Assembly (NCBI RefSeq): GCF_000281045.1
Contig: NW_008246081.1
Span: 303,838-362,128, forward strand
Origin: Saprolegnia diclina VS20
Taxonomy: Eukaryota
Reading direction: 5' to 3'
DNA length: 58,291 bases
Numbering within the stretch: the stretch's first letter is position 1; each line of letters opens with the position of its first letter. A model generated the notes under the pieces. It made no database searches. It was given only the letters and a program-made list of their open reading frames with translations, and had not been told where the DNA came from. This document shows positions 34,003-45,374 of the stretch, in pieces. A program made the position numbers and the translations under genes.

Positions 34003-35940
34003 ATGAGCTCGACCGCTGCTGCCCCGCCCGCGCCGACGCCGACGATCAACGCGACTTCGAGCATCCTCGAGAAGGTCCCTCGCCTCATGGATGAGCTGCC
34101 CAAGCACGCCAAGCCGGCTGCTCTGGCGGACAAGGTGCTCGGCTATGGTACCGCGGGCTTCCGCGACAACGCCGACATCCTCGGCTCGACGTTCCACCGC
34201 ATGGGCATGCTCGCAGTCCTCCGCTCCAAGAAGGAGCACAAGATCACGGGCCTCATGGTCACCGCCTCGCACAACGCGGCGCCTGACAACGGCGTCAAGC
34301 TCGTCGACGCGGACGGCGGTATGCTCGCGCAGTCGTGGGAAAAGTACGCGATGCAGCTCGCGAACGCCAACACGGACAAGGTGGTCGAGGTGCTCGACAG
34401 CATCGTCCGCGCCGAGAAGATCGACTTGGATACGACCGGCAACATCTTTATTGCCAAGGATACGCGCGTCTCGAGCGAGGTACTCTCTTGGTCTCCATCT
34501 AGACTGCGTGACTCACCGGCTGCATGTCATAGCACTTGTCGGAACTCGCGCGCGAGGGCGCGCTCCTCCTTGGCGGCAATGTCTTGGATTTTGGTCTGCA
34601 GACGACGCCGCAGCTCCACCACTACATCCGCATGGTATGTTTCATACGACCCAGAAGCGCGACGCCCAACGCGGTGCGGTGTAGTGGAACCACGAGCAGT
34701 ACAACAAGGGCGACTGGGCTTCCGAGACCGGCTACTACAACATGCTTGTTGATGCGTTCAAGCAGCTCACGACCGGCGTCGACCCCAAGGTACCGCCGTC
34801 GTCCTCGAGCTCGCATCGACTCATATGATCACCATGGGAATAGAAGCTCGAACTGCGCACGCCGCTGTACGTTGACTGCGCGCACGGCGTCGGTGCCCTC
34901 CAGCTCACCAAGCTCGCCAAGGAGCTCGGCGACATGCTCCACGTCGAAATCCGCAACACGCCCGAAGACGGTGTTCTCAACCACGAATGCGGCGCTGAAC
35001 ACGCCCAGAAGGCGCGCAAGCACCCCGCCGGCTTTTCCCGCGACGCAGACCGGTACGTTTAGCATTTGTCCTTCCATGCGAGCGACTGACGTGGAAATGC
35101 AGCGGCAAGCGCGCGTGCAGCCTCGACGGTGACGCCGACCGCATCGTGTTTCACTACTTTGACGACGCTGGCGAGTGGCACTTGCTCGACGGTGACAAGA
35201 TTGCGTGTCTCTTTGCGGGCTTCTTTGCCGAGAAGCTCAAGGCGCTCGATCTGACGCACGAGGTGTCGCTCGGCGTCGTTCAGACTGCGTACGCCAACGG
35301 CGCGGCCAACGCGTACCTCGCGTCGCAGAACGTCCAGGTCGTCATGGCCAAGACAGGCGTCAAGTTTTGCCACCACAAGGCGCTCGACTACGACATTGGC
35401 ATCTACTTTGAGGCCAACGGCCACGGCACGGTCATGATCAAGGACAGCGTCATGGACCGCCTCCACCGCCTCGAGGGCTCGGTCTCGGACGAGAAGAAGA
35501 AGCACGCGCTCTCGCACCTCCTTGCCGCGTACCAGCTCATCAACCAGGCGGTCGGCGATGCGCTCAGCGACCTCCTCTTCACCGAAGTGCTCTTGATCCA
35601 GCGCGACTGGTCGATTACGCAGTGGGATGGCATCTACAGTGACCTTCCGAGCCGCCAGACCAAGGTCAAGATCGCGGACCGCACGATCGTCAAGTGCACG
35701 GAAGACGAGACGCAGGCGACGGCGCCCGAGGCGCTCAAGGACGCGATTTCAGCGCTCGTGGCCGCTGCCGGGCCGAGTGCCCGCGCCTTTGTGCGACCGT
35801 CGGGCACGGAGGACGCAGTCCGTGTGTACGCCGAGGCGGCGACGCAGGACGGCGCGGACGCCCTTGCGCTCAAGGTGGCGCAGGCCGTCCACGAACACGC
35901 GGGTGGCGTCGGTGACATGCCGTCGACCTTTGTCGCGTAA
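34003..35940 (+). CDS. PGM3: Phosphoacetylglucosamine mutase
   Basis: YGTAGFR, MVTASHN (active Ser), DNGVKLVD, TTPQLH, DCAHGVG, SLDGDADR, VQTAYANG, YFEANGHGT, FVRPSGTEDAVRVYAEA. Confidence 0.96.
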
Positions 35941-36023
35941 GAGGTTAATATGATGAATCTGCCTGTTGAAATGCGTCGAAGATACGACGCAATAGCGCAG
36001 TAGGATTAAATAAGGTACGAGGA

Positions 36024-39000
36024 CTAGCAGAGCGTATTGCGAGCGTCCAAGTTCCACTCGAAGACGTCCGAGTAGATGGCAACGTCGTCGTCCACCTCGT
36101 CGTCCGTCTCGAGGTTCTCGAGGAGGAAGCTCTCGACGAGGAAGCTCGAGGTCGCCGAGGTCGCCGCAAAGCTCACGGCGCTCGTGTTGGAGAGCGGGTC
36201 TTTGGCGACGCGCCGCGTAGCTTCGTGCGCGATCATCTGCTTCTCACGCTCGATCTCCATGCGGGCGTCCGAGACGGCCTCGGCCACGTGCTTGTCGACA
36301 AAGTTCTACGCAGCATGAGCGACGGAAGGTATGTAGATACGACGACCTTTTCCGCTTCCTTGCGGGCGAGGACCGGGTCGAGGTCGATGCCCTTCTCAGC
36401 GTAGTACTGTTGGCAGAGCACGAGCGAGTCGGAGAGCATCTTCTTCTTGCCAATGCGCTTGAGGAGCCACTCGCGCGCCGCGAGCTTGGCTTCGTTCGCC
36501 ACGAGCTGCAGTGTCGACTTCTCCTCGTCTTTGAGGCGCAGCCACCACAACTGCTCCTTCTTGACGACCTTAGTGGCATTCGTACTCGTCGACGGTGCGT
36601 GCTCGACGAGTTCGTCCGGCGAGCGCACGGTCGAAGCGGTTTCGATCCACTTCTTGAGTGGCAGCGCCGTCTTGCTCGACGACGACAGCGGCATGGGCGG
36701 TGGTGGCAGCACCGGCGCCGCGTCCGCCGTCAGCGACAAGCGCGTGATGCTAAACTCGTTCTTGGAGCCAATGCTGCCTTGCGTTCGGTACGTGGGCCGC
36801 AAGACGTCGCCGGGCACTTGGTCAGACGCAAAGCACTCGCTCGCGTCGGCAATCTGCTGGAGCACGTCGGGACGCGCATATGCACGTACGTCGTCGAGAA
36901 GCGTATGCGCGATCGACGGGCTCAGCGCCTCCATGGCAGCTCCCAGCTCGGCGAGGCCGTGGCGCGTGCCCGGCACCACCGCGCGCGTGTTGGCGCCAAG
37001 CTTGACGAGTGCGTCGAACGCGCTGTCGTTGTTGGCGCAAAGCGCAACCATGAGCGGCGTGCGCCCGTCCTCGGTGCGCGCATTCATGTCGACGCCGAGC
37101 CGCGCCATCGTATACACGATCGTCGACGACGCGCCGTGGGCGACGGCCACGTGGAGCGGCGCATCGCCATGCTCGTCCCAGCCTTCGGCGTACGCGCCTT
37201 GCACCAAGAGCTCTGCAATCACGGCGGCATTGGCGTCCGGCGACTGGCAGGCGAGGTGCAAGGCGGACGCTTGGTCCCGGCGCACGGCGTCGCGGACAAA
37301 AGCGGCGCCGTCGTCCTCGATCCCACTGCCCAACACGCGCAGCAAGTCGAGCGCGTTCTCGACCGCGCCGGCTTCGATCGCCACGTGCAGCGGCGTCTCG
37401 TCAAACCCGATCGTGACGCCGAGCGTGTCACGGAAGCGGCAGTGCTTGATGTGCAAAAGCAGCCAGCGCAGAATGTGGTTGGTCGAGGCACCGCCGCGCG
37501 CGGCCGCGTGCAATGGCGTGAACGCGTCGACTTGGTGGTCGGTGATGCAGTCGTCGCTGTTGAACAAGTGAAAGATCGGCTCGCCGGGCGCCATGGGATC
37601 TATGGCCAAGTACAGTCATAGATGCTCGACCCAGCAGCATTTTTCTACCTCGTTCGGTGCGCAAGACGACGAGGCTAGGCGGCACGCGCTTGAGCAGCCC
37701 GAGAAGAAGTCCTTCGAGCGCACGCTGCACAAAAAAGTGGCTTTGGAGATCGTACGACGGCGCGGCCCAGTCGCCCGTGAGCAGCGTCGAGAGGTCGCCG
37801 TCGCTTTTCGATTTCACGCGCGCTTGGCGCGTCTTCTTGTACTTTTGCGACTTGGGCTCGAGGTACTCGAGCCAGACGCGGATCTTCATGGCGTAATGCA
37901 GCGGCGACTCGTTCGTCCGAAGGTGCTGGACGTGCACGACCTCGGGCGAGAGGTCCAGGAGCAGACACGCGAGCTCGAGCTGCCCGGCCTTGAGCGCGAG
38001 ACCGACGACGCTGTCGCCGACGTGGCGGTCGGTCCACTCGAGCTCGCCCAAATCGCCCGAGACCACGTGGAGGAGCTCGTAGACGAGCGCGTACATGCCA
38101 TAGCGCAGCGCGAGCGAGAGCGGCGACGACCCGACGCCGTCCAGCGTCAACCACGACGCTCCGTGCAGCACAAGTGCGCGCGCCGCGGCCGGCAAGCCCG
38201 TTTTGATCGCTACGTGCAGCGGGGTGTCAGTGGGCGTCACGGGCGACCTGACAAGCGTCGCGCCCCAGTCGCTCACGGCATCGGGTTGGGCGCCGGCCGC
38301 CAAGAGCTCTTGGACGACCGCCTCGTTGCGGCATTTGATGGCGAGTGTGAGCGGTGTATCGGCGCCGTCGTCGTCGCGCAGCTCGAGGCCGTCGACGTCC
38401 TTCTTCTTGCTGCTGTTGCGCTTTGTCTTGCAGAGCTGAATGAGACGCGCGACAATCTTGATGGGCGCGTGGAGCCGAATCGCCAAGTGCAGCACGGAAA
38501 AGCCCTACATCACCATCAGCAAATCGCCTTATCGAAGACGAAGATGCAACGTACGCTGCTGTCGCTGCAGCCGGTCGACGACGACACCATTGCCAAGAGG
38601 TGGTCCAAAAGCTTCCACATGCGGGCTTTGAGCGCCATGTGCAACAGCGACTCGCCCCCTGCGTCGGCCTGATGAAGCCACGGATGCTCCGTCGTGTGCT
38701 TGGCGATGGCCTTCAAGAGGAGACACGCAATGCGCTCCGCGTCGTCGTCTTTGTCTTGCTCATGGATGCGCTTGACGGCGACATGGAGCACCGAGTCGCC
38801 CGCTGCGTTGACGTGTTGCAAGGCGCGCGCCAAGTCGGCGGCGGTCGCATGTCGTACAAACCGCTCCACGCTTGCCACGTCACGGACGAGGCAGAGGTAC
38901 TGGAGGAGCGACCAGTGGGCTGCATCGTCGCCGGCCGTCCACAGTGGCAACTTGTGCCGGAGAAAGAAATCGAGGACGTTCGTGCTCACCGGCGTCTTGC

Positions 39001-40164
39001 GTAAAAAGAAGTGCGACGCGAACGCCCAGCGCAAGAGCGCGTCCGGGCGCGCGCCGGCTTTGAGAAGTATGGCGACGCGCGTCTCGGGGCTGCTCTTCTT
39101 GTCGAGGCCATCGAGGACAAACGCCGCGCAGAGCGGTACGACGGGGAAGGAGACGAGGCCCACCTTCTGCAGCGACGGTAGTAGCCGCATGGCGTCGTTG
39201 AGGCGCGCGCCGGCCGTCACAAACTTCGCGAGCTCGGCCGGCGGCTGCCCCGTGTCGAGGACGTGGAAGAGACAGTGGGTTGCGATCTCGGCCACCTACA
39301 GCAGCGGACGATACGACGGTGTACGCATGATGAACGGGCGTACGCAGTGTGTGAGCGACTCGGCCGAGTGGCACGAGAGTGTGACGTTGCGCCCGTCCTT
39401 TGTGCGCACGATGAACGTGTGGCCGCTGCCCGTGCTGAGCGCGTCGATGTGGTCGAGGCAAATCGACTTGCTCGCTTTCGGCTTTGGCTTTGTCTTGTCG
39501 GCCTTCTTGAAGATGTCGAGGATGCCATCCTTGAGCACGAGGATGCGTGGCCGCTGCGAGCCGCCTAGCCACTGCCGCGACCGCTTGCTCACGTCCATGT
39601 GAAACTCGTTGGAGCGTTGAATCTCAAACTGAAACTCGTGCCACTCGTTCTTGGCGCTCGGCAGTGCGACGCGCGGTGGTGCGCTCGCCCGCGGCGGCGG
39701 CAGCGACATCTGCACACTACCCTCAAGCGCATACGGGTCGCACGCGTCGAGGCGCTGCGCGATCATCGTCGGCAGTAGCAGCGTCGCCTTGAGCTCCATA
39801 AAGGTGATGTACTGGTGCGAGACCGGTGGGTCCGACTCGTACGTCATGTGCACGGGCGGCTCCATGCGCATGTCCTGTATGGTCTCGAGCACGTGGCGCG
39901 TGTACTCCTTGTTGGTCTGGAGGCCGCTAAAGTGGCGCGCCAAGAAGAGATGGAGCTGGTCCGCGTGCAGCATGCTGCGCTTGGCCGAGAACTCGAGGAA
40001 GGACGGCTGGAGCGCCTGGACAAAGTCGTCGTGGAAGCTCCGGAGCGGGCTCTCGAGCTCGCGCGCTACCCATTCTCTTGAGCCCTAGACGTTCATGCCA
40101 TCGTCTACCTACCGACGATGTCCCACTCGATCTCATGCGACTCGGGCGGGCGGAGGTCCACCAT
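36024..40164 (-). CDS. PH-domain + ankyrin-repeat protein, spliced
   Basis: PH-like segment (RILVLKDGILDIFKK..SICLDHI..FIVRTKDGRNVTLSC) and many ankyrin motifs (TPLHVAI, SPLSLAL, GRTPLMVA). 5' exon MVDLRPPESHEIEW. Confidence 0.8.
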
Positions 40165-40387
40165 GCGCGCTAATTTGCACTTGGGCGCGGCAAGGTACGG
40201 CGACATGGACCCTCCAAACCTTATACTTCGAAGCTCCGTGCGGCAAAAGCGCGCGGCCTGTCGTACTAATTGTATGCGGAGCCCGTTATTGTACCTCTGA
40301 AAATAAATACTCAAAATTTCACCCCACATTAGCTAATAATACCATGAGCTTCGAACTTCGGGCGAAATTTCATGGCAAATTTTCAAG

Positions 40388-40658
40388 ATGCTGGACGAGG
40401 ACAGCAGCAGCAGCAAGCGCAGCACCAAGGTCGTCGACTGCCTCGAGTACGAGAGATGATACGACGCGCTGCATGACCCGCTCATGATGGCGATGACGTA
40501 GATGCCGCGTCACGGGCACGATGACGTGTCTCGCTGTCGCCACGTACTCGTTCCATGAACTCGCCAAGACGCCGCCGGCGCAGGTCGGCCACCGCCGATG
40601 GCTCTTCGCCTTTGGCTCGGCGTGGGTCGGGGCTGCGATCGCCCGCGCTGTCTACTAG
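40388..40658 (+). CDS. DMAC1/TMEM261 (DUF4536)-like small membrane protein, two exons; absent from the ORF track
   Basis: Exon 1 40388-40446, GT-AG intron 40447-40501, exon 2 40502-40658. Spliced product is 71 aa: MLDEDSSSSKRSTKVVDCLECRVTGTMTCLAVATYSFHELAKTPPAQVGHRRWLFAFGSAWVGAAIARAVY. Confidence 0.8.
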
Positions 40659-40710
40659 CCATACGTAGCAAGATCGCTCGACTGTACATGAGACTGTATT
40701 CTACATTCGC

Positions 40711-43113
40711 TTAGACAAAGGCCACATCGGCCTCCGGGACGCTGTTGTCGGCCAGAAAGGCCATGCGCGCCGCCACGTCGCCGAGACGCGGTGCCTCGTC
40801 GATCGACTCATCTTGCGACTGGTGAAAGGCGGTCGCGGTCGTACCGAGCCACTTGCGCGCGAGTCCGGCGAGCCGCGGAAACATACCGTGGTGTGTCTTC
40901 CACCAGCCAAGCGTGTCTTCAATGCCGGGCACGACGGTTGCAAAGTACATTTGCAGCTCGTCCTCGACCGAGAGCGTGTCGATGCCCATCGAGTCGAGGA
41001 TCTCGTCGCGCGTCGCACCCATGACCTGCTGAAGGTACTTGAGGCTTCGTGTCGTGTTGGTCTTCTTCTTTGGCAGCTGCTTCTCGGAGGCAACGTCGGC
41101 GCACTCGGTCGCGAGCCGGTGCTTGACTTGGGCCTTCTCTTCGTCGGTGCAGTGCGCGAGCGTCGCGGCGATGCTCGGGTGCAGCGGACACGTCCACATG
41201 GCCGGGTGGTCGTCGAGGAAGCCAAAGAGGAGCGTTTGAAGCATGTGCCGGGCCGCGTTGAGCTCGCACAAGACGGCGGGCTCATCGTCGAGCGAGGCAA
41301 ACCCGCGCAAATGAAAAAAGCGCGGCGTCGCCAAGTCCCTCGCAAAGAGCTGCAGGATCGAGAGCATGACCGCGAGCGAGTTGGTCGCTGCTTGGCTAAA
41401 GACAGCGTGCATCACTTCGAGGCACGGCTCGAGGAGCACGAGGAGCCCTTCGAGGAGGCACCACTCGCGCCGCGAGAGGTTTGAGACCGTGCAAGGAAAC
41501 GGAAACGACGCAGGCTGTGTCTCGACCACAGAGAAGAAGAGGTCGACACCGGGCTTCATGGCTTGCCACTCGAAGAGGAGACTGTACAGCTTTCGCCACT
41601 GCGACGGGCAGTTGACAGTCGTCCGCGCATCAAACCGCTGGTGCGTCGAGACAAAGTGGTCGAGCGTCCGCTTGGCCTTGGGCGTGGCTTGAAAGTACTG
41701 GCCGAGCGTGAGGAGGCGCCGCACGAGTGCAGGAATGCTGCTCTCGTCGTCGGTCTCGGTCGAGTGCAGTAGAAAAGGCGGGTCGTCGGCCAGCGCATTT
41801 GCATCAACGTCGTCCTTGCCATAGAGAAGGCGGCAGAGCACCGCATGCAGCGTCTGGCCCATGCACATCATGGACGGGACATGCGGCAAGAGGAGGCGCC
41901 AGTCGACGTCCGACACGATCATCGTCAGGTGCGACGACGAGAGGTTCCACTCGGAAAGGACGCGGTTGAGCGCTTGGAGCAGCCAGTCGCTGGACGGCTT
42001 TTCGCGCGACGTCGACGGCAGCGACTGGTGGCTTAAGAGCAAGTGCCGCCACTCGAAGCTTGGCGTGATGTAGTGCAGCGTCCAGACCAAGTGCGGCTCG
42101 GGCGACGACAGATGCATCTTGGCCGAGAGGCTAAAGTACCGGCATTCGTCGTCGAGAAGCGCATGCATCGCCTTGCGCTTCGCCGCGTAGAGCTCGTCCA
42201 TGTGGGCTTCGAGCGTCGCGCGCGATGGCAGCGCAAAACTACCTTGCGTGGACTGTACGAGCGTGAGGAAGCGCTGGAACGGCTCGTCGGCCACGAGCTC
42301 CAACGGGCGCCGGCACGTCGCTAGCCACTCGGCAAGTGCGAGCTCGCACCGCCGCACGTCGTCACTTGGCATCACGAGGCTTGTGGCAGTGGGCGCCGGC
42401 TTGTTCTCGGCCACGCGCGCTTCGGTGGACTTGAGCAGCTTCTTCATGTACGCGTCGAGCTCGGCCTTGTGCTTGTTCTTGACGTGCCGGTGGAGGTTCT
42501 GCGAGCGCGCATAGTCGTGTGGGAAGCAGTCGTCGCAGAGGTGGCAGTAAAAGTGGCTTGCGTCGCGGGACGTCCAGCCGGTCGCCGGGTTCATCTCGAC
42601 GTTGGTCGGCGCCACGAGGCTGACGTACATCCAGATTTCTGGGCGGTTGATGTGCTTGACCTTGAAGAGCGACAGGGCGCCGTGCTTGGTCGATCGAAAG
42701 GTCGTGGCCGAGGACATGTGCGGTCGCAATCGCTTGGGCTCGGGCAGCGGGAGGTCTTCGACGAGCGACTGCACGAAATTCGGGGTCGGTTCCTTGCGCT
42801 TCGCGGTGAGGACGACGACGTTGCTGGGCACCATGTCTTGCTGGATCTGCTGGATGTTGGCGAGGTGCTTCGCCTTCATGTGGCGGTGCAGGTTCTGCAG
42901 CCGCGTCGGGTCGTGCCCGAAGACATCGTCGCAGAGGTGGCAGTAGAAGTGCGTGACGTCCCGCGATGCGCACTCGGGCGCATTGCCCGGCGCGACGAGG
43001 CTCGCGTTGGCCCAGATCTCGGGCCGCGAGATGTTCTTGAGCTTGAAGATGCGCAGGATGCCATGCTTGACCGACTCGATCGGGACCGTCGTGAACTTGG
43101 TCGGGTTGCCCAT
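40711..43113 (-). CDS. hAT-transposase-derived protein with two BED zinc fingers (ZBED-like, probably domesticated)
   Basis: Two copies of EIW..FYCHLCDD..NLHRHxKxKH; WLATCRRPLELVADEPFQRF; WTLHYITPSFEWR; hATC dimerisation motif LGWWKTHHGMFPRLAGLARKWL. Intact 800-aa intronless ORF. Confidence 0.88.
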   Translation of the reverse strand: MGNPTKFTTVPIESVKHGILRIFKLKNISRPEIWANASLVAPGNAPECASRDVTHFYCHLCDDVFGHDPTRLQNLHRHMKAKHLANIQQIQQDMVPSNVVVLTAKRKEPTPNFVQSLVEDLPLPEPKRLRPHMSSATTFRSTKHGALSLFKVKHINRPEIWMYVSLVAPTNVEMNPATGWTSRDASHFYCHLCDDCFPHDYARSQNLHRHVKNKHKAELDAYMKKLLKSTEARVAENKPAPTATSLVMPSDDVRRCELALAEWLATCRRPLELVADEPFQRFLTLVQSTQGSFALPSRATLEAHMDELYAAKRKAMHALLDDECRYFSLSAKMHLSSPEPHLVWTLHYITPSFEWRHLLLSHQSLPSTSREKPSSDWLLQALNRVLSEWNLSSSHLTMIVSDVDWRLLLPHVPSMMCMGQTLHAVLCRLLYGKDDVDANALADDPPFLLHSTETDDESSIPALVRRLLTLGQYFQATPKAKRTLDHFVSTHQRFDARTTVNCPSQWRKLYSLLFEWQAMKPGVDLFFSVVETQPASFPFPCTVSNLSRREWCLLEGLLVLLEPCLEVMHAVFSQAATNSLAVMLSILQLFARDLATPRFFHLRGFASLDDEPAVLCELNAARHMLQTLLFGFLDDHPAMWTCPLHPSIAATLAHCTDEEKAQVKHRLATECADVASEKQLPKKKTNTTRSLKYLQQVMGATRDEILDSMGIDTLSVEDELQMYFATVVPGIEDTLGWWKTHHGMFPRLAGLARKWLGTTATAFHQSQDESIDEAPRLGDVAARMAFLADNSVPEADVAFV

Positions 43114-43383
43114 GGTGAGGAGACTGACGAAGAGAGTCGATCTCACTGCCGACCAAAGTATCTTGAATTGAGTATACAGCGACCATTGGACTCTCAGAGA
43201 GCCACCGCGGCGCGCTCCGATTGGCTCCTGCAGCTTCAACAAAGCCGACAACGCCAACCGGTTTGGACGGTTGAGCGTGAAAAACCTTCTATTTCACGTG
43301 TTTTTTGTTTCACACATATTGCACACGGATTCGACGTGTGAAATCAAGCGCTCCACTTGGCGAACGACGACGGCTTCCGGAGC

Positions 43384-43704
43384 ATGCAGCCCCGCGTCCG
43401 CGACCTCTACAAGCGCTTCCTCGTCGTCGGGAAGGACTACCCGCTAGGCCTCGAGTACGTCCGGCCCAAGGTCAAGGAATCCTTCTTCAAGCAAGCGGCG
43501 CTCGCCGATGAGGCCGAGATCAAGAAGGCGGTGAGCCGCGGCCGGTGGATGGTCAAGGAGATGATCGGGGTCATCCAGCTCAAAAAGTATCGCGCGATGA
43601 ACCAGCGATATACACCGGCTGAGATGCACACGCTACTCCGCGCGCTGCACGAAGAGGCGCAGCGAACCACCGAGAACCACGTCGTCGACGACGACGACGT
43701 CTGA
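43384..43704 (+). CDS. ETFRF1: LYR-motif protein LYRM5/ETFRF1
   Basis: VRDLYKRFLVVGKDYPLGLEYVRPKVKESF..IQLKKYRAMNQRY. Confidence 0.88.
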   Translation: MQPRVRDLYKRFLVVGKDYPLGLEYVRPKVKESFFKQAALADEAEIKKAVSRGRWMVKEMIGVIQLKKYRAMNQRYTPAEMHTLLRALHEEAQRTTENHVVDDDDV

Positions 43705-43797
43705 AGATGCATGGTGCAGTATATTACTATATCGTGATACGAACATGCGCTCTAGACCCAAGATTCCTCATAAATAAGCGGTGTCGTGTCGGCTCGG

Positions 43798-44817
43798 TTA
43801 GGACAGGGGCAGGATGCAGCACTGCACGTTCACGGGCTGCATAGCGTCGTCGCGGATGACCGAGACCGACACAAACACCTTGCGCTCGAGCGAGCTCGAC
43901 CCAAAGCGCCACGACATCTTGGCTTGGGCAGAGCTGACTTCGCAGCTGAGGATCTTGGCGACGAGCGTGTGCATCTTGGGCGCGTCGGACGGCGCGCACA
44001 TGGTGTACAGGCTGTGGAGGCGCAGCTCGTCGTACTTGGCCTGCGAGAGCTCCAAGAACAAGTGGTTTGCCTCCACGATCGTGCCGTCGAGCTTGGTGAT
44101 GAGCGCGGGCATGCTCGATTGGAAAAACACGTTCTTGAACGTCGCCGACGACTCGTCCACGGTCTCGAGCGGGGCGGCCGGGAGCACTTGCGGCGCGCCC
44201 GTCGGCAGCGCCCACATGTAGTCCATGGCCATCGGCGTCGGCACGGGCGACGCCATCGCGTTAAACATGTAGTGGTTGGACGCGTTCATGCTGAGCATCG
44301 AATTTTCTTTCGAGTGGCCGCGGGGCAACGTTGCAGGCGTCGCGACCTTGCAGCTGCCACCGGTCGTCGGGGGCGGCGGCGGCCCAATGCCGGCCGCGTT
44401 GGCTTCGCGCTCGAGCGCGGCAATGTATTCGATCGTCGCCTGGAGGATGCTGTGCTTGTCCTTCTTGGACGAGACAAACCCGACGCCTTCAAGCTTCTTC
44501 TTGAGCTGCTCAAACTGCGTGCCAATGCGAAAGATTCGTCGCTGCTCACGCAAGTTGTGGCGCTGCTTCTTGGAGACGTCGATGGACCCGCCGGGCGTCT
44601 GCGCGTCGCTGTACACGGGACTCTCGCACGGCGTATTCATGTCCATCTCAAAGCCGAACGGGTCCGCCCGCGGGTAGTTGGTGTTGATGCGCGGTGGCGC
44701 GTTGTTGATCACGTTGAGGTTGATGTGCATCGGGTACAGCGGCGCCTTCCCGTCCTCGTCCTTGACGTACCCCGTCGACGGCGTGACCGGCGCCACGAGC
44801 GTGCTCGGCTTCTCCAT
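43798..44817 (-). CDS. bHLH-PAS transcription factor
   Basis: bHLH KKQRHNLREQRRIFRIGTQFEQLKKKL..KKDKHSILQATIEYIAALE and C-terminal PAS FKNVFFQSSMPALITKLDGTIVEANHLFLELS..SVSVIRDDAMQPVNVQCCI. Intronless. Confidence 0.85.
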   Translation of the reverse strand: MEKPSTLVAPVTPSTGYVKDEDGKAPLYPMHINLNVINNAPPRINTNYPRADPFGFEMDMNTPCESPVYSDAQTPGGSIDVSKKQRHNLREQRRIFRIGTQFEQLKKKLEGVGFVSSKKDKHSILQATIEYIAALEREANAAGIGPPPPPTTGGSCKVATPATLPRGHSKENSMLSMNASNHYMFNAMASPVPTPMAMDYMWALPTGAPQVLPAAPLETVDESSATFKNVFFQSSMPALITKLDGTIVEANHLFLELSQAKYDELRLHSLYTMCAPSDAPKMHTLVAKILSCEVSSAQAKMSWRFGSSSLERKVFVSVSVIRDDAMQPVNVQCCILPLS

Positions 44818-45374
44818 GCCGGGCGAATTGACTCTAAAAGTCGCCCGCCCAATAATCCACGCAAACCAGATGGGCCGACGCTCTCTTCGTCCTTTTTTCA
44901 CGCCTTCGAACTTCGCTTCTCCCGCCCATACAAACGCCGAGCTCGAGCCACGGGCACCGAAGCGGCGAGACCGAAGTTGTGGCGGCAAAGGCAGGTTTCG
45001 TGCCCCCGCCACACAATTTTGCCGAAATGTCTTTACGCAGTCGCTTCGCCCCTCAAGCCAACTAGCTTAAATCGCTCTAATAGTGGCGAGTCATCGTGTC
45101 AATGACGCAGTCCCTCGTGACGTTGTCGCGCTGAGGCCAACGACCAAAGGGGGCGTAAGGGCGGACAGGGAACCGACTCGAACACCGATTCGACGTCAGT
45201 AGAGCGCGTCTCCAAGGCCCGAGTACTGTTTGAAGTTGCAAAGAGTAGCATCGCCAAAGATCGCGAGATTGAAATGCAAGTTACGTGATAGAGCGTTACC
45301 GAATGTACGAAACGCTTCTTGCGCACGCCAGTCGCTCGAACGGCAGCGCTCACTATCCGGATACGCTCGGCGAG

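Noticed and set aside
40660..43350. Active autonomous hAT transposon
   Set aside because: No TIRs or 8-bp TSD were visible and the catalytic residues are lost, so it is treated as a domesticated gene.
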